A DNA stretch of 63,487 bases, filler included, from Rhabdomonas costata (taxonomy: Eukaryota): NCBI GenBank assembly GCA_019059605.1. It is 21 parts of 21 records of this genome, joined end to end, with 100 filler letters (N's around TTAATTAATTAA, not from the genome) between each part and the next. Parts side by side here need not be neighbours in the genome. Positions count along the whole stretch, not along the records: positions 48,492 to 51,412 come from JAHMHO010001736.1; positions 51,513 to 54,434 come from JAHMHO010001737.1; positions 54,535 to 57,452 come from JAHMHO010001738.1; positions 57,553 to 60,470 come from JAHMHO010001739.1; positions 60,571 to 63,487 come from JAHMHO010001740.1; 16 more parts are not named here. One strand, 5' to 3'. The notes beneath the pieces were generated by a model, which saw only the letters and a program-made list of their open reading frames with translations, was not told the origin of the DNA and did no database searches. Below, in pieces: positions 48,714 through 60,976 of this stretch. Position 1 is the first letter of the stretch; every line of letters begins with the position of its first letter. The translations under genes and the position numbers were made by a program.

Positions 48714-49876
48714 CAGCTTGGAGAACATGTGGCTATCGCGGATCCGCTTGGTACACTTCTTCTCGTGCAGCGCGACGTCCCCCTCTAAGATCAGGGTCTT
48801 CTCAATCTTGTGCACCGACAGAGCAAGTGCGTGGCCGTGGTAAGGCACCAGGAAGAGCTTCTTCAGGTTCTCCGCAGGGGAGATCACGTCTGCACAAGAA
48901 ATGGTTTGGGCATCCTTTCCCCGCCCGAAGTCAGCCTGGGCTGAGTGAGTTTTCCAAACCCGAATGGAATCCATGTGTAGTACCGAAACTTGAGATGGCG
49001 ACATTCACACATACACACCCAAGTGCCGAGGTAGGGTGGTGGTGACCTTCCCGGAGGAAGACCCTGAGGAGGCAGGCGCAGCGGGCGTGAGCATCAAGCG
49101 AGAGGCGGCAATCGCCAGCGCAGCGGACGCAAACTCGGGCTGGCTCTGCAGGGCACCCGGATTGTACTGCTGCACCCGACGGTCATCAAGGAGCCTTTGC
49201 GAGAGAAGAAAGTGAGAACACATGAACAGACGACCATAATGAAAAACCGAAGGTCAACCGCGCTTGCGTTGCGTTGCGTTTCTTTCTTCTGCGTCTCTGT
49301 CGTTCTTGCCACACCTTCTTGCCTTCACCCTTGTTTACTTTTGCATCCCATCACAATATTTTTGGAAGGTGTTTACTTCACCGCGCCAAAACCAAGGGGA
49401 AAGAGTACTTTTCCAAAACATCAACCTGGACACAAAGGAGTCCAAACACTGTCCACAACGTCCGGAGAAGCTGCTTTTTCTTATGTGCATCTCATTCTGC
49501 TCATTGTCCCTGTCGCCGTCCTTCCAACCACCCGCCCAACCACAGCTCGCCCCCCATTAAAATCGAAGTGTTCGGGTAGAACGTCGTCTCTTCTTCTGCA
49601 TTGTGGCTTTGTTCCTGATATTGCACTCTTTGGATAGTTAAATATCACAGAACACTGCCAGGTGCAGGCTCTTTTCCGCGCTTTGAACTGAATAAAACCT
49701 GGAACCAGGGAAGGCTTTTCAGAAAGGCACTGGGGCAGGAGCGGCAATACGACACTTGACCAATTGGGAGGGGGCCTGTTCAGGTTGGTCTCAGGCTTCA
49801 CTTCGGTGAAGGGGATGGCCTCCGCCGCGCTCAAGATGGACAATGAGGCAGCTGCGGCGCTCCGAGCACGTCGCAT
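48714..49876 (-). CDS. EDRF1: Erythroid differentiation-related factor 1 homolog, N-terminal exons (~49876-49761, 49194-49047, 48935-48714)
   Basis: ETNLNRPPPNW|L and ADVISPAENLKKLFLVPY....LSVHKIEKTLILE match recalled EDRF1 motifs (TDLKLPPANW; DVVSDSENIKKLLKIPY...AVHRIGRTLLLD). GT-AG introns keep the frame. Confidence 0.8.
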
Positions 49877-51254
49877 CCTTGCAGAAGGGCAGACCCCTAC
49901 CGGAGTAGCCTGAGAGCGCCAGACATCACACCAGAAACTTCTGAGATGGTAAAGCCGAGCTGCTCCGACAAAGTCAGGAAACTAACGGGAGCTGAAGTCT
50001 ACCCCAGCCTTGCACTCAGAGGAATACCTGGGGGAGGTTTACGCTTTGGGTGATGATTCCTCTATTCTTACTTCTTACTAGTTCTTACTTCATCTTACTA
50101 GTTCTTCTTACTAGTTCTTGCTTCATCTACTACAGTCATGCACTTGTCACGGAGAGATGAGTCACACAGTGGGTCATCGCGTAGTAGGAGCAAGGACGAC
50201 GACTGAATCGCAGAACTCACCCTGCGGGGCCTTCTCCCTCTTACACCCTATCTCTCGATCACGTATGCTGTAGTGGTGAGGGGTGGAAGCGCGTAGCGGT
50301 GGAACGACGAACAAGTGCATGTAGGGAGTGACGAGCGCAGCGAGTCACGACCAGCAAATACAAAAAGGGGCCCCATGTCATGAGCGCAGTGAATGGCATG
50401 GGGAATCAGTACAGCATCACTACGTCGGCATGCCTCGTTACCACTCGACATGCCTCCCACCAGCGTAGCGAATGTGACGACAGGATGACAGGAGGAGGAA
50501 CAACGACACAACATCAAGGAACATGAACGTGGTGAATGTGACGAGTGTGACCCTGTGAGTGGAAGCGCGTAGCGGTGGAACGAATCATGGTTACGTGATC
50601 GACAGAAAGAATGCACTTACCAACTGGAGGAACATGAACATGAACGCAATGAATGTGAATGTGACGACCTTCAACATCCTTCCTTCGCTCGCTCCCCGGC
50701 ATAAGCCGGTACGCTCTCTCACTCAACCACCAACCCAACACTTCGAACCATGACGGCTCGCTCCACCGCTTCACGGTTTCGCTCACACAACCAGTAGCTA
50801 TACGTGTCACTTCGTTCGTTCCACCGGCATAAGCACGGTTTCACTCACTCCGTTTGGGCGAAGCGAACTCCTCCCTTGGGTTGAAGTGTTGAGGTTACCA
50901 CATTGGGGTATTACTGCTGCTGTGGTTACCAACGCTTACCACTACAGGTTGGGTCTTTGCGTACGTCACAGGTTGGCCACACGTCTATGACCTCATCTAG
51001 CGTCTTACGTGGGAGGGATAAGCACTGTGTCATGCAGCATCTCTCACGTAGCCGTTGCTTAAGCAGTGGTTCCACACCCACCTTGGTAGCGCGTGGTACG
51101 GTAACAAGTGCCAAGGCTAAGATGTCGACGTGTATACTCAAGCGTCCCCTTTTACACACCTTGTAGTTAACTGACGACGTCACTGTTGCCGAATTCCTTC
51201 ATCTCCTTCCTTCATCTCACCATCTCAGCTTGGATATCCCGAAGGACATCAGAG

Positions 51255-51412
51255 GAACCGAAGGCCGAAGCCGAATGCCGAACCCAGAGACCGAATGCCG
51301 AATGCAGAGACCGAAGGCAGAGAGCGAAACCCGAACCCAAAGACGCGACTCAGAACCCCGAACCCCAACCGGCCAACTCAGAAGCGAAGAACCAACGCAT
51401 GAACCCAAAACA
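51255..51412 (+). repeat. Low-complexity (ccgaa)-like degenerate tandem repeat
   Basis: Repeated ccgaag/ccgaat/ccgaac/cagaag units. Confidence 0.6.
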
Positions 51413-51531
51413 NNNNNNNNNNNNNNNNNNNNNNNNNNNNNNNNNNNNNNNNNNNNTTAATTAATTAANNNNNNNNNNNNNNNNNNNNNNNNNNNNNNNN
51501 NNNNNNNNNNNNCGGGGTTCTGTTTGCGCAG

Positions 51532-52198
51532 GATGAGGGGGCTATCGCTGTTCCTGCGGTGGATTTCATGGAGGCCCGCGCTGGTTCGCAGTGAGTTGGT
51601 GCGTCAGTTCGTCGAGCTATCCCCGGAGCAGTTTTCGGGCTTCCGCTCGGAATGGACCAGCGAGAGGACCCCGGACCGGAGCACCACCCTGGTCCTCCGC
51701 CTGCTCGCGTCACACACTTTTGGGGTTGTAGGTGCGAAGAAGCACAAGAAAACCAAACGGCAGCACAGCATCAACATGCAGACCAACGAAAAGAAGTATT
51801 TCCAGTCAGCTCTCTCACACACCTAATCATTTTCACTGGCGTTCGCCATCCTGCTCTGCTTCTCCAGAAGACATCAAAGAAGTGCAAGAGGTGTCCACGG
51901 CCTGCTCGACGCACAGGAGTATAACGCACAATTGCTTGCCCTACTTCGCTGTGAAGGCACTCCTGCAAATATTATCTCACCTTGGAGAGTTGTGTTTCTT
52001 TCTCACCACTGTTCACGCTCTAGCTGCCTCGCTAATGCGACCCCGCCCCTCCCCCCAATTCTGCAGAAGGGCAGGCTCTCTGGAGCGCTGTCGTTCCTGC
52101 AGCGCCGGTTGGCGGACCCCACGCCCAGCCTGAAGCCTCACGTCCTGCAGGCCAAGCTGCAGGCCACCGCCCTGCACGATGCCCTGCACAACCTCAAG
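51532..52198 (+). CDS. Possible sorting nexin (PX domain C-terminus plus helical region), partial
   Basis: RMRGLSLFLRWISWRPALVRSELVRQFVE resembles the PX motif RR.GL..FL..I..HP.L..S..V..FL. Downstream exon phases are uncertain. Confidence 0.5.
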
Positions 52199-55100
52199 GC
52201 ACACAGCGCAGCTCTCTTCCTCTTTTTGATTGCTCGCTCTTCCCCTCATGCAGCCCTTTGGAACTTCTTTTGTTAGGACTTTTTACCGTTTCCTTATTTT
52301 TGTAGACGTGGCTCTATTGCAGCTTTTGTCTCCGACCTCGGGGCCGGCGCTGTTTCTCTTCAAAACCGCCCTTCTCGTCCCACCCTCCGTCGCAACACAG
52401 CCAAATTTACGACTCTAAGCAATCCCTCTGATTTGCTTCGTTCTCACAAAGTGTCACCAAAAAAGTAAACGGAAGAATAGCATGACCAAAAGTGAAAATC
52501 AAATACATTGCCGCCTAACTTGCCGGATTTGGTCGGTGGGGCGTTGCCACTTTGGAACCCCCCGCATTGGCAACACGTCAAAGCACCCGCGGAAAGGAAA
52601 ATATTTTCTTCTTTGGGCCCGGGTAGCCCGGTCGGACCACTTAGCCCCGTGCCACATAAGTTTGCCGTTGGCCGTCCCCGGCCCCGTTGTTGAAAGCGGC
52701 CCTGGTGTGATTGCGCGTTTTTGTTTCGATCGAAGTTTCCCGTCATGATTGTCCTGCCCCGCCTTTTGTGGAAAAATTAGCTGTCCAAGCCCTTTCGGTT
52801 TTTTGAAGGTTATCTCTCTTTCGCTTTCTTGGTAGAAATTTTCTGCGCAAACCCATAATAATGGATGTGAGCGGGGATTCTCCGGGGATTCTCATGGTCG
52901 CGGCGTTACTTATTCTCAAACATTTTCTGCGATTCATGAAAACCAAACGCTTTACAAGCTTCCATGATAATCCGCTGAAAGGTTCCAGTGTTCCACGCCG
53001 GGCGCTCGGCTGCGCCGTTGTGAGGTCGGTAGTCTTCGGCCGGTGTCCTTGGTCATGGTACCCAACGCCCCCGGTCGCAGGGAAGGCGTCTCATCGCCAT
53101 CGCTGTGCTTTATGTGCTGCAAGCGAATATGTGTGGCCACTACCTGGGGCAAGCGTCCGATTCATTCCTTTCCTCGCTTGAAACCATCCATTTGCCAAAC
53201 TCCTTTCGGATGTGCTTGCCGTGAAGCGGCGGCGTGTGCAGCCGTCTACGGTTCACCTCCTTCGATTTGGATTAGTGATACCCACACTCCCATATTGGGA
53301 CTTCTTTGGCATAATGAAGCGGGCCATCATTTAGCCACCACTTGTTCACTGATTTCAAAGCTTCCAAGCGACGCTCCCCAAGCGCTTCTCCTTTCTTTGC
53401 GTTCGCGTAGTCCATGGGCAATTGCCTGGTTGTGTCCAATCTCCTCAACCTGCTGCTAAAGCGCTTCAACCGCCTGGAGGTCGCTATTTGTGTGGGAGTC
53501 ATTAAGTAAGCTACCGTTATTGATGCGACCTCCTCGGTCTCGCGGTACTTTTGGGAAAGACGCAGATCTTGACTTCTGGCCACACTTTCAATGGCACGAT
53601 TTATTGACTACACGCCGCTCCTCTTCAGTTCTCCCACTTCCGCGCGCTTGAAACTGTGTGCTGCCAGACATTTGGCGCGTACGCGCTGCGGGACTCCATC
53701 ATGTAGATGCAGAAACGCCGTATTTCTTTGGAATTTTTGGAACTCCCGAACTCTCCTGAACTACTTCACGTTCCCCCGGGAGTGCTTGCGGTATTTGTTG
53801 CGTGTGTGCCAAAACACCAACAGGTCCCCTAGCACCACTACCCACTCACTGCAAAGGCTGACAGCACAAGCACTCACACCATGGCCTTGTGTCCACAGCA
53901 CTCGTAACTCCACCACCAGAGCCCATACAAGTAGCAGATAAACCATTGGAGTAAGCACACAGCATGAACCACCATCTGTAACACCGCACACCGTTACCCC
54001 ACAGCCTACTACCCACTCTAACATAGAACATACACACACTGATACCCATACAAAAACCTTGATGCTTACTTGGGAGTGCAAAGCAGGATAGGAATGATAC
54101 AAAAGTACACGCAGAGGCCACACAGCGGACACAGAAGACGATACACTCAACGCAGCACCGGAGAGGATACGCAAGAAAAGGAAGGCATACAGCAACAACA
54201 ATAAGGAACCCAAGGAACCGAGTGACACAAACTGCAGCTAGACATCCGAGTACTCAGGAGCGCGCGCATAGGACCGAACACAAGACAAGCACCACAAGTC
54301 AACAGAAACCCTTGAAGCACAGCGACACCACAGATAGACACAAAACAATAACCCAGGCATAACCCACAACGCAACAAACAGTCCAAACACAGCCCCCAAC
54401 GAAAGCACCGTATAAAAGTGAGCGACAACAAAAANNNNNNNNNNNNNNNNNNNNNNNNNNNNNNNNNNNNNNNNNNNNTTAATTAATTAANNNNNNNNNN
54501 NNNNNNNNNNNNNNNNNNNNNNNNNNNNNNNNNNGTTTTTGCTTTGCACACTGTCCTGTGAAGTTCTAACACCGTGCTTCCAGCACCCCAGCACCGCCGC
54601 AAGGGCGGGGAGAAACGGGTGTCAGGACCAGAGCATATCTTGCTTAATGGAGTTTTTGTTTTTGCCTCTATTTTGTGTGGTTATATGAGAAGTGGAGGTT
54701 GAGTTGAATGTGTGGGTGGGGTCCTTTCCCCAGCTCACGCATGGCTGCCGCGGTGCAGCATTCCCTTGGTGCCTCGTCGACTGTGCTCCTCAGCACAGCC
54801 GCTGCATCATCATCGAGGCCGAGGCCGTCCCCGAGCGTTTCCCCGCCCCCAGCCGCTGCGGTTGGAGCTGCAGCTCCACATGAGGTGGCTATCTGGCGAG
54901 ACTAGTACGCTTGTTCTTCAACGGCTGAGGGACTTTGGCCATCAATTGAGATACATTGCGATTTTCAGTTTTTGGTGAAATTAAAGTTGAAAAGAATTGG
55001 TGGTATGTGGTTGCGGTTGTACTCGTGGTCATGGTAACCCCGCCGATGGGCACTGGTTCCTGAATGAGCGTCCCGTCCGCACAGCGTTTCTCACTGTACA

Positions 55101-56920
55101 CAGAAAGGCTCATAGAAAGGCTTACTATTTATGAAGACTCCGCGCTTTCGTTGGATTTGCCTTAGGCAACACTCCTCGAATTTTTTTCCCGCTCGTCCCG
55201 CAGAACGGCGTTGACAAGATGATTCGAGACATGCATCAGCGGCTAAAAAGCCGCGGGCTAGACTTGAGCATGGGGGCTCACGGGTATCTTTGCCGGCCTC
55301 TTTAGCTGATTGGTCGTGTTCTTTGAAGGCTGGGGTGTTTTTTCTTCTATTCTGAACGAAGAAGGAAATTTCGAATTCTTCTTCTTGTGCTGCATTTGAT
55401 CTCTTTGGAAGACATTCTCTTTTGCAGGAGAAGAAAGGTAGAAAAAAGAGTTTCTTGCGTTTTTGGACCATCATATTTAATCACGAAGTCTGAGTTGGGT
55501 TCTTTTTGTGAAATCTTCTTGGGTGTTGCTGCAGGGCGAACCCTCTGAGGCCAGGGGGTCGGGGGCCTCTGGTGGCTGCTGTGAAGGGTAACGAATGCGA
55601 GTGAATTACGCAACGCTACCGTGTTGCCCTTCCGTACAGTGTCAATCTGCCGCGCCTGCGTCTTCGCTAGTTTCTGTCTTGCTCATCGTTTTCTTTGTGT
55701 CATAGAAGTTTCGAATCTGGGGGACAGAGTTGGTGTGTAGTAGTGGTTATGGGAATCCAGGTAGTTATCCTTTTCGACTTCCCCGCTTTACAATGCTGAT
55801 GACCAGCAGTTGTCGATGTTGCAGAACTCCCGGCCCCACGCATCTGATCTCTGTCCTTCGGATTTGTGCTGTAAAAGTTGCTTCTCAGCATTTTACAGTT
55901 GTGGTGCTCCTGTTTGATTGTTGATACACCCCCCCTTTTCTGCGCGCTTGGCTTTTTAATTGTGTTTTTACTGGGACTGCTCCTGTCACTTCTGCTGGCC
56001 CACGTGGTGGCTCCTTCCGTTATGGTTTGGGAATTGGAGACAAGACGCTTTTCTTTCCTGCGCGACTGCGAGGCGTGTGCATCTGGCTGTTTCTTAAATT
56101 GGCAAATAAATGGTGTTTTTGAATCGGGGTGGTTCACCTTAATTCTCTGCACGATGCACTTGAACTTTTCACAGCCGGATGTGGGGTCCAGCTTCCCTTT
56201 CCGATCCATCTGGAATTTCCCGTTCCTCGTTGACTTTTTCCTTATCCATATGGGTGACGCGTCGCTGGGCAATGTTTTAAACAAAAAATCCAGGGTACAA
56301 CTCTGCGGTGCGTATTTTGTAACATTTTTTATTCGATTTGGTTCCGCCATATGTCTCAATCCATTATTTCCCTGGTCCTTCTGTTTGTCTTTGGTATTTT
56401 GCTTTTCAGTCGTGTATTTCTTTGGGGAAAAACAAAGGTTGTGATCGGAGCGTATGCAATCTCGAACAGCGACTGACATGAGTCTGGCGAAGAGCGAGAT
56501 TCGAGGACGTGATCCTACATTCTGAACGGATTTTCGTTTGTTTTGATTCCTTTTCATGTTTAACTGCACTTTCTCATTCCTATTTTCAAGCTTTCTACTT
56601 TTGTTCTCGGGAAGTTGGGAAGTAGCCTGCTATATTTAACCGTAATACGTGCTATATGGTACTCCCTCCCTGTAACTTATCAGCGGAAACCTTTTGCTCA
56701 ATTATTATACTGTTATACTGTTATACTGTTGCGAAAAAACGTTCATGTGATTTCCATTCGCGTGCACTCTGACCTGACACAGCCTGCTGTCTGTCCTCCC
56801 CCCCCCCCCATCGTTCTCCTTGACTGGAACGGGGAGGGGGGGAACACCGCTCCACTGAGTTCGGCTTCAAACAAAATATACTTTCTCTCTTTATTCTCTC
56901 CTTGTGCCACGCGCACACAC

Positions 56921-57303
56921 CGAAGTCCTTGGCTGAGGATGCCCATGAAGTTCGTCAGCCGGGAGCCGTGCCACAGCAGCAGCCTGGGCTGCATGTCCCG
57001 GAACTTCGAGGCGCGTTCGTCCTCGCCCTGTGGGCCCACAGGGCGCCAGATGCGACAGCCAATGATATATGCTCAAGCTCGATGCAACTAAACACAAATA
57101 CAGCGGGGGTGATTCCTTTTTCTTTTTCTGCGCTTTATAATTTGCACAAGTCGGACAGAACCCGTGTGTATGAATGAGCGTGCGTGGGTGTCTGGCTCTC
57201 ACCTCGCGGCGGATGCGAAGGATGTCCACGACTTCGAGGTGGTACGCCGTGTGAGTCTCGCCGTGAGTGTTCTTGACATACTCCACAAGAAGCTTGTACT
57301 CGT
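56921..57303 (-). CDS. PARP: Poly(ADP-ribose) polymerase catalytic domain, internal exons (57303-57203, 57027-56921)
   Basis: [38 protein letters not shown]...[22 protein letters not shown] is the PARP1/2 signature. Confidence 0.92.
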
Positions 57304-57591
57304 CTGAGGCACGGATAGCACCGATAATAATCCCAACGGTGCGGAACCCCCCCTCCCTGCACACTGGCAGCAGGATTCCCTTGCTATGTTTACACGCCGC
57401 GGCCAGCGGTTGAGGACGACACACGTCTTTTGACCTTTTGCAGAATAAGGGANNNNNNNNNNNNNNNNNNNNNNNNNNNNNNNNNNNNNNNNNNNNTTAA
57501 TTAATTAANNNNNNNNNNNNNNNNNNNNNNNNNNNNNNNNNNNNNNNNNNNNTTGTGGTTGTGACATTCCTAATGACGCCAGGAGACGCGC

Positions 57592-60144
57592 CTTGAAGAA
57601 TGTCACGATCACATCGGCAGGAGCGTAGCCCTTGTTCCACAGAATGGCCAGCTTCTTGTGGGCGCCGCCCAAGTCACCTAGGACCATATGTGCACAAGAG
57701 CTGATATTTCCTGCCCACTTCCACCTCATTGAAAGTCCAGCACAGCACAAAGCCACACAAAAGTTTGTGTAAAGGGCCAAAATGGCCAGGCAGACTCTCA
57801 AGGTGCAGAAACATAAAAAGAGCAGCGTTAGAACAAGGCGTGCGGAGTGTTACATGATTTCCACCAGCAGGGCCGACGGCCACTGTTGACTACTTGTATT
57901 TCGGATCACTACTTTTTCTGCTGGGATACCAGATCTCCATAAGGCTTCCACGGCGCATTAAATCAGTAGTGTGGCGACTCCCAGTCAGTTCCGTCAGCTG
58001 TGCTCCAGCACTCTCGTAAGACAGATGCGGCATATGTGGCCTTGCCTTGCACCAGGGGACTACAAGCTCACGGCGGGGATTCAGTGCGAGCACAGCAATG
58101 GCATCCTCTGCAACAACAGAGGCCGCATCAAACCAAACCAACTACAACAAATCACAAGACATTTCTGCACTTAACGTCGCAAGCTGGTCCACACCCGATA
58201 AACAAAAAAGCAAACAAGTAAAAGCAAAAAGGAGCACACCGGCTAGGCAGAGATTCACCACCTCCTCCACAATCACAGGGTGAGGCTGGTCACACACCTT
58301 ACGTGGGCGCAAGGCAGAAGCGCATGGGATATTTTCTTGTCAAAGGGAAGCTCATTCTTTTTTCTAACTTAGGTTTCGCCCCGAATGGCAAATACTTATG
58401 GGTATGCTACGTTCTTCAAGGCTTTGTGACGAAATCAATCGCGCGTCCCACAATTGAAAGACCTACACAGAGTGGAATAAGAGAACAGTATCCAAAGTTC
58501 AACGCTAGAAAGGAAAAGAGCATATGCAAATCCATGAAGTGAGTGCATACCTTAAACACGTTCTCGGCATTCACCATTCCAAATCCGTAAAATGTAGCCT
58601 GCAGATTGTTTAAGGCGTTTCGCAGGTCCCCTGAAAAAGGCACACATGGTAACGCTGACAGATCAAATAGAAACCAACATGAAGCATAAAAATATATTGA
58701 GGGAGGACCACCGAGAATACGAATGAATGAATCTTTGGCATTACGATATTTCCATGGACTGTGGAATGTGGAAAATGGATGGGGAGGAGGGGGCAAAATG
58801 CAACTAAGATGCACAAAGACAGACGATAAGACCGGAACCCCTACCTCTGATGAGCTGACCATATGTAACCACTCCATCATCTCGCCTACTAACACAGTCA
58901 ATCTGTCCTATCCTATGAAATATGGTCCATCAATCAGGGCTTGGCGTCGATACATGGAAAACAGCAACACCATTTGCAAAGAAAACCCTTTGAAAATGGT
59001 ACCCTTCTTACCCTTCTTCCCCCACTTGGACATGTCTTAAATTCAGGGTGAGCACTGGAACCTCACCGGTAAAACAGCAAGGTAGAGGATTCGTTTGGAA
59101 TTGAACACTGCCTGTGCACGCTGTACAACAGGCACTGCAGCAGCACACACCTTCCGCGGTATACAAAATCGCCTCAAGCCCGTCATCGGTGTGAGGAACA
59201 CCCTCAGCCTCGACAACATGCATCACCTGCACAAGGGAAAGTGCACCTAGCCCAAAGAATATTATTACATCATATCCTGCGCCCCCTCACTCCCCCCTCT
59301 TCTCTCGTTCTGCGAATGACGTAAATTTGGTTCTGTGATGTCCATCATCTCTTTCCCATCCTCACCCCACAGTAACACCTCCTTCCCCGTCGGCACTTCT
59401 AGAAAGTGGACACCCACAGAACCGGCGGCGAGGCGGTGCAATAATCAAATTACCAGAAACTTTATCACGCACACAAACGTGGGCCTTGGTGTTTTTTCTG
59501 CAGAGCGGGTGTTAGTCGTCGTCCGCGGCCGTGAAAGCTTCCGGCTTGGGAATCCTTATCCTTACTTTTACAACTCAGCACTGTGCTTACTGTGTTATAC
59601 AGACACTTCCGGGAATGTCTGGTCCATCCTGGGTTTCGACCACCACAGAATTCTGCGGCGAAACAAAACCGAGGGTACATTCAAAAAAATGCAACGCGCT
59701 CAGGCAAAAAGACCCGTTCCAGAACGTCCTGGTCCGAGAGCCGAGTGAAACGCAGAATCGCGCAGCGAGATTGAATCGGCTCAATGATCTTGTTGGAGAA
59801 GTTGCACGCCAGGGCGAACCGAGTAGTATTACTGTAGATCTGCAAGACACCCAGAATACCGGCCGGAGATTTCGAAAAGTGGGGGGTTCACCCTACACAA
59901 AGTGTGTTCCTTCACTGACAAGATCCCTGGAACCAAATGAACCGCCACACCATATCTCTAAACTCGGATCACAGATGTAAATTAGATAAGATAAATGACC
60001 TCCATTGTTCGCCTCAGGGCTTGCTGAGCCTGTGGCATCATGCTGTCCGCTTCGTCCAAAATGACGATCTTGTGGCGGCCCGGAGGCAAGTGGACCTTCT
60101 TCTGTGCAAACATCTTGATCTTCTGCCTCACCACGTCCAAACCC
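57592..60144 (-). CDS. RFC2: Replication factor C small subunit (human RFC2/yeast Rfc4 type), six internal exons
   Basis: [34 protein letters not shown]...[32 protein letters not shown]|...[13 protein letters not shown]...[11 protein letters not shown]...|LWNKGY. The internal introns are GT-AG. Confidence 0.95.
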
Positions 60145-60976
60145 CTATGACATTAGGAGAAAAAGGCAGCCAAAAAAAAAGGCGGTCAAAAAGTTGACCC
60201 GAAAGCATCGAAATCTTGGAAGAGAGCTTTTTGTTTTATAACGCTGCGATATCTGGATCATTTTCCAAATCTTATTCCCGCGGCCAAATCCACGACAACT
60301 GCAGAGCACGTGCGCAATTCAAACAGCCCGTAAAAGGAGCCGCGGAAAGAGTAAGATCCAGAGAAGCGCTCTCTTGCATGCCGCTTTTTTTAAGGAGGCA
60401 AGTGGACCTTCTTCTGTGCAAACATCTTGATCTTCTGCCTCACCACGTCCAAACCCCTATGACATTAGGANNNNNNNNNNNNNNNNNNNNNNNNNNNNNN
60501 NNNNNNNNNNNNNNTTAATTAATTAANNNNNNNNNNNNNNNNNNNNNNNNNNNNNNNNNNNNNNNNNNNNGGGTGGTTGGGTGAGAGACGAAGGGCCGAC
60601 CTGAAAAGTGTGTTGTGACGGATTATCTTTTTGGGTTTGGTGGCGCCTATACATAACCCTGACGGCTTTTTGTGTCCGCTCGAACCTCTAGAACTCTGCG
60701 TTGGAGCAAAAGAGCGCTATTCTTGACAGGAGAGGCAAGCGCATGCATGAACTCTGTTGCAAAGGAGAATTCAGGGAAAGGGACGCTAAACATGGGGGGG
60801 ATGGAAGGGAGGCGTGAAAACCTAAGTAATTTGCACAGATAATACACCTAAGTAATATACACCTAATATGCACAAATACTGGAGAAGCCATCGCACGGTT
60901 TCCGTTTCCTCTTCCGATTTTAGAACATTGTTCGAGAGGAGGCATGGGGGATGGGGGAAAGGGGCACGACAAGTAC

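Larger units (their letters stand above)
2927..60570. other. 20 artificial contig-join linkers (N44-TTAATTAATTAA-N44)
   Basis: Identical 100-nt spacers with stops in all six frames begin at 2927, 5953, 8975, 12001, 15024, 18048, 21070, 24093, 27248, 30278, 33299, 36320, 39341, 42359, 45372, 48392, 51413, 54435, 57453 and 60471. The intervening contigs are ~2.91-3.06 kb. Confidence 0.98.

Noticed and set aside
60394-60470. Exact 77-nt duplicate of an RFC2 exon part (60082-60158) as an exon duplication
   Set aside because: It is an identical copy ending exactly at the contig end, so it is likely an assembly or chimera artefact.
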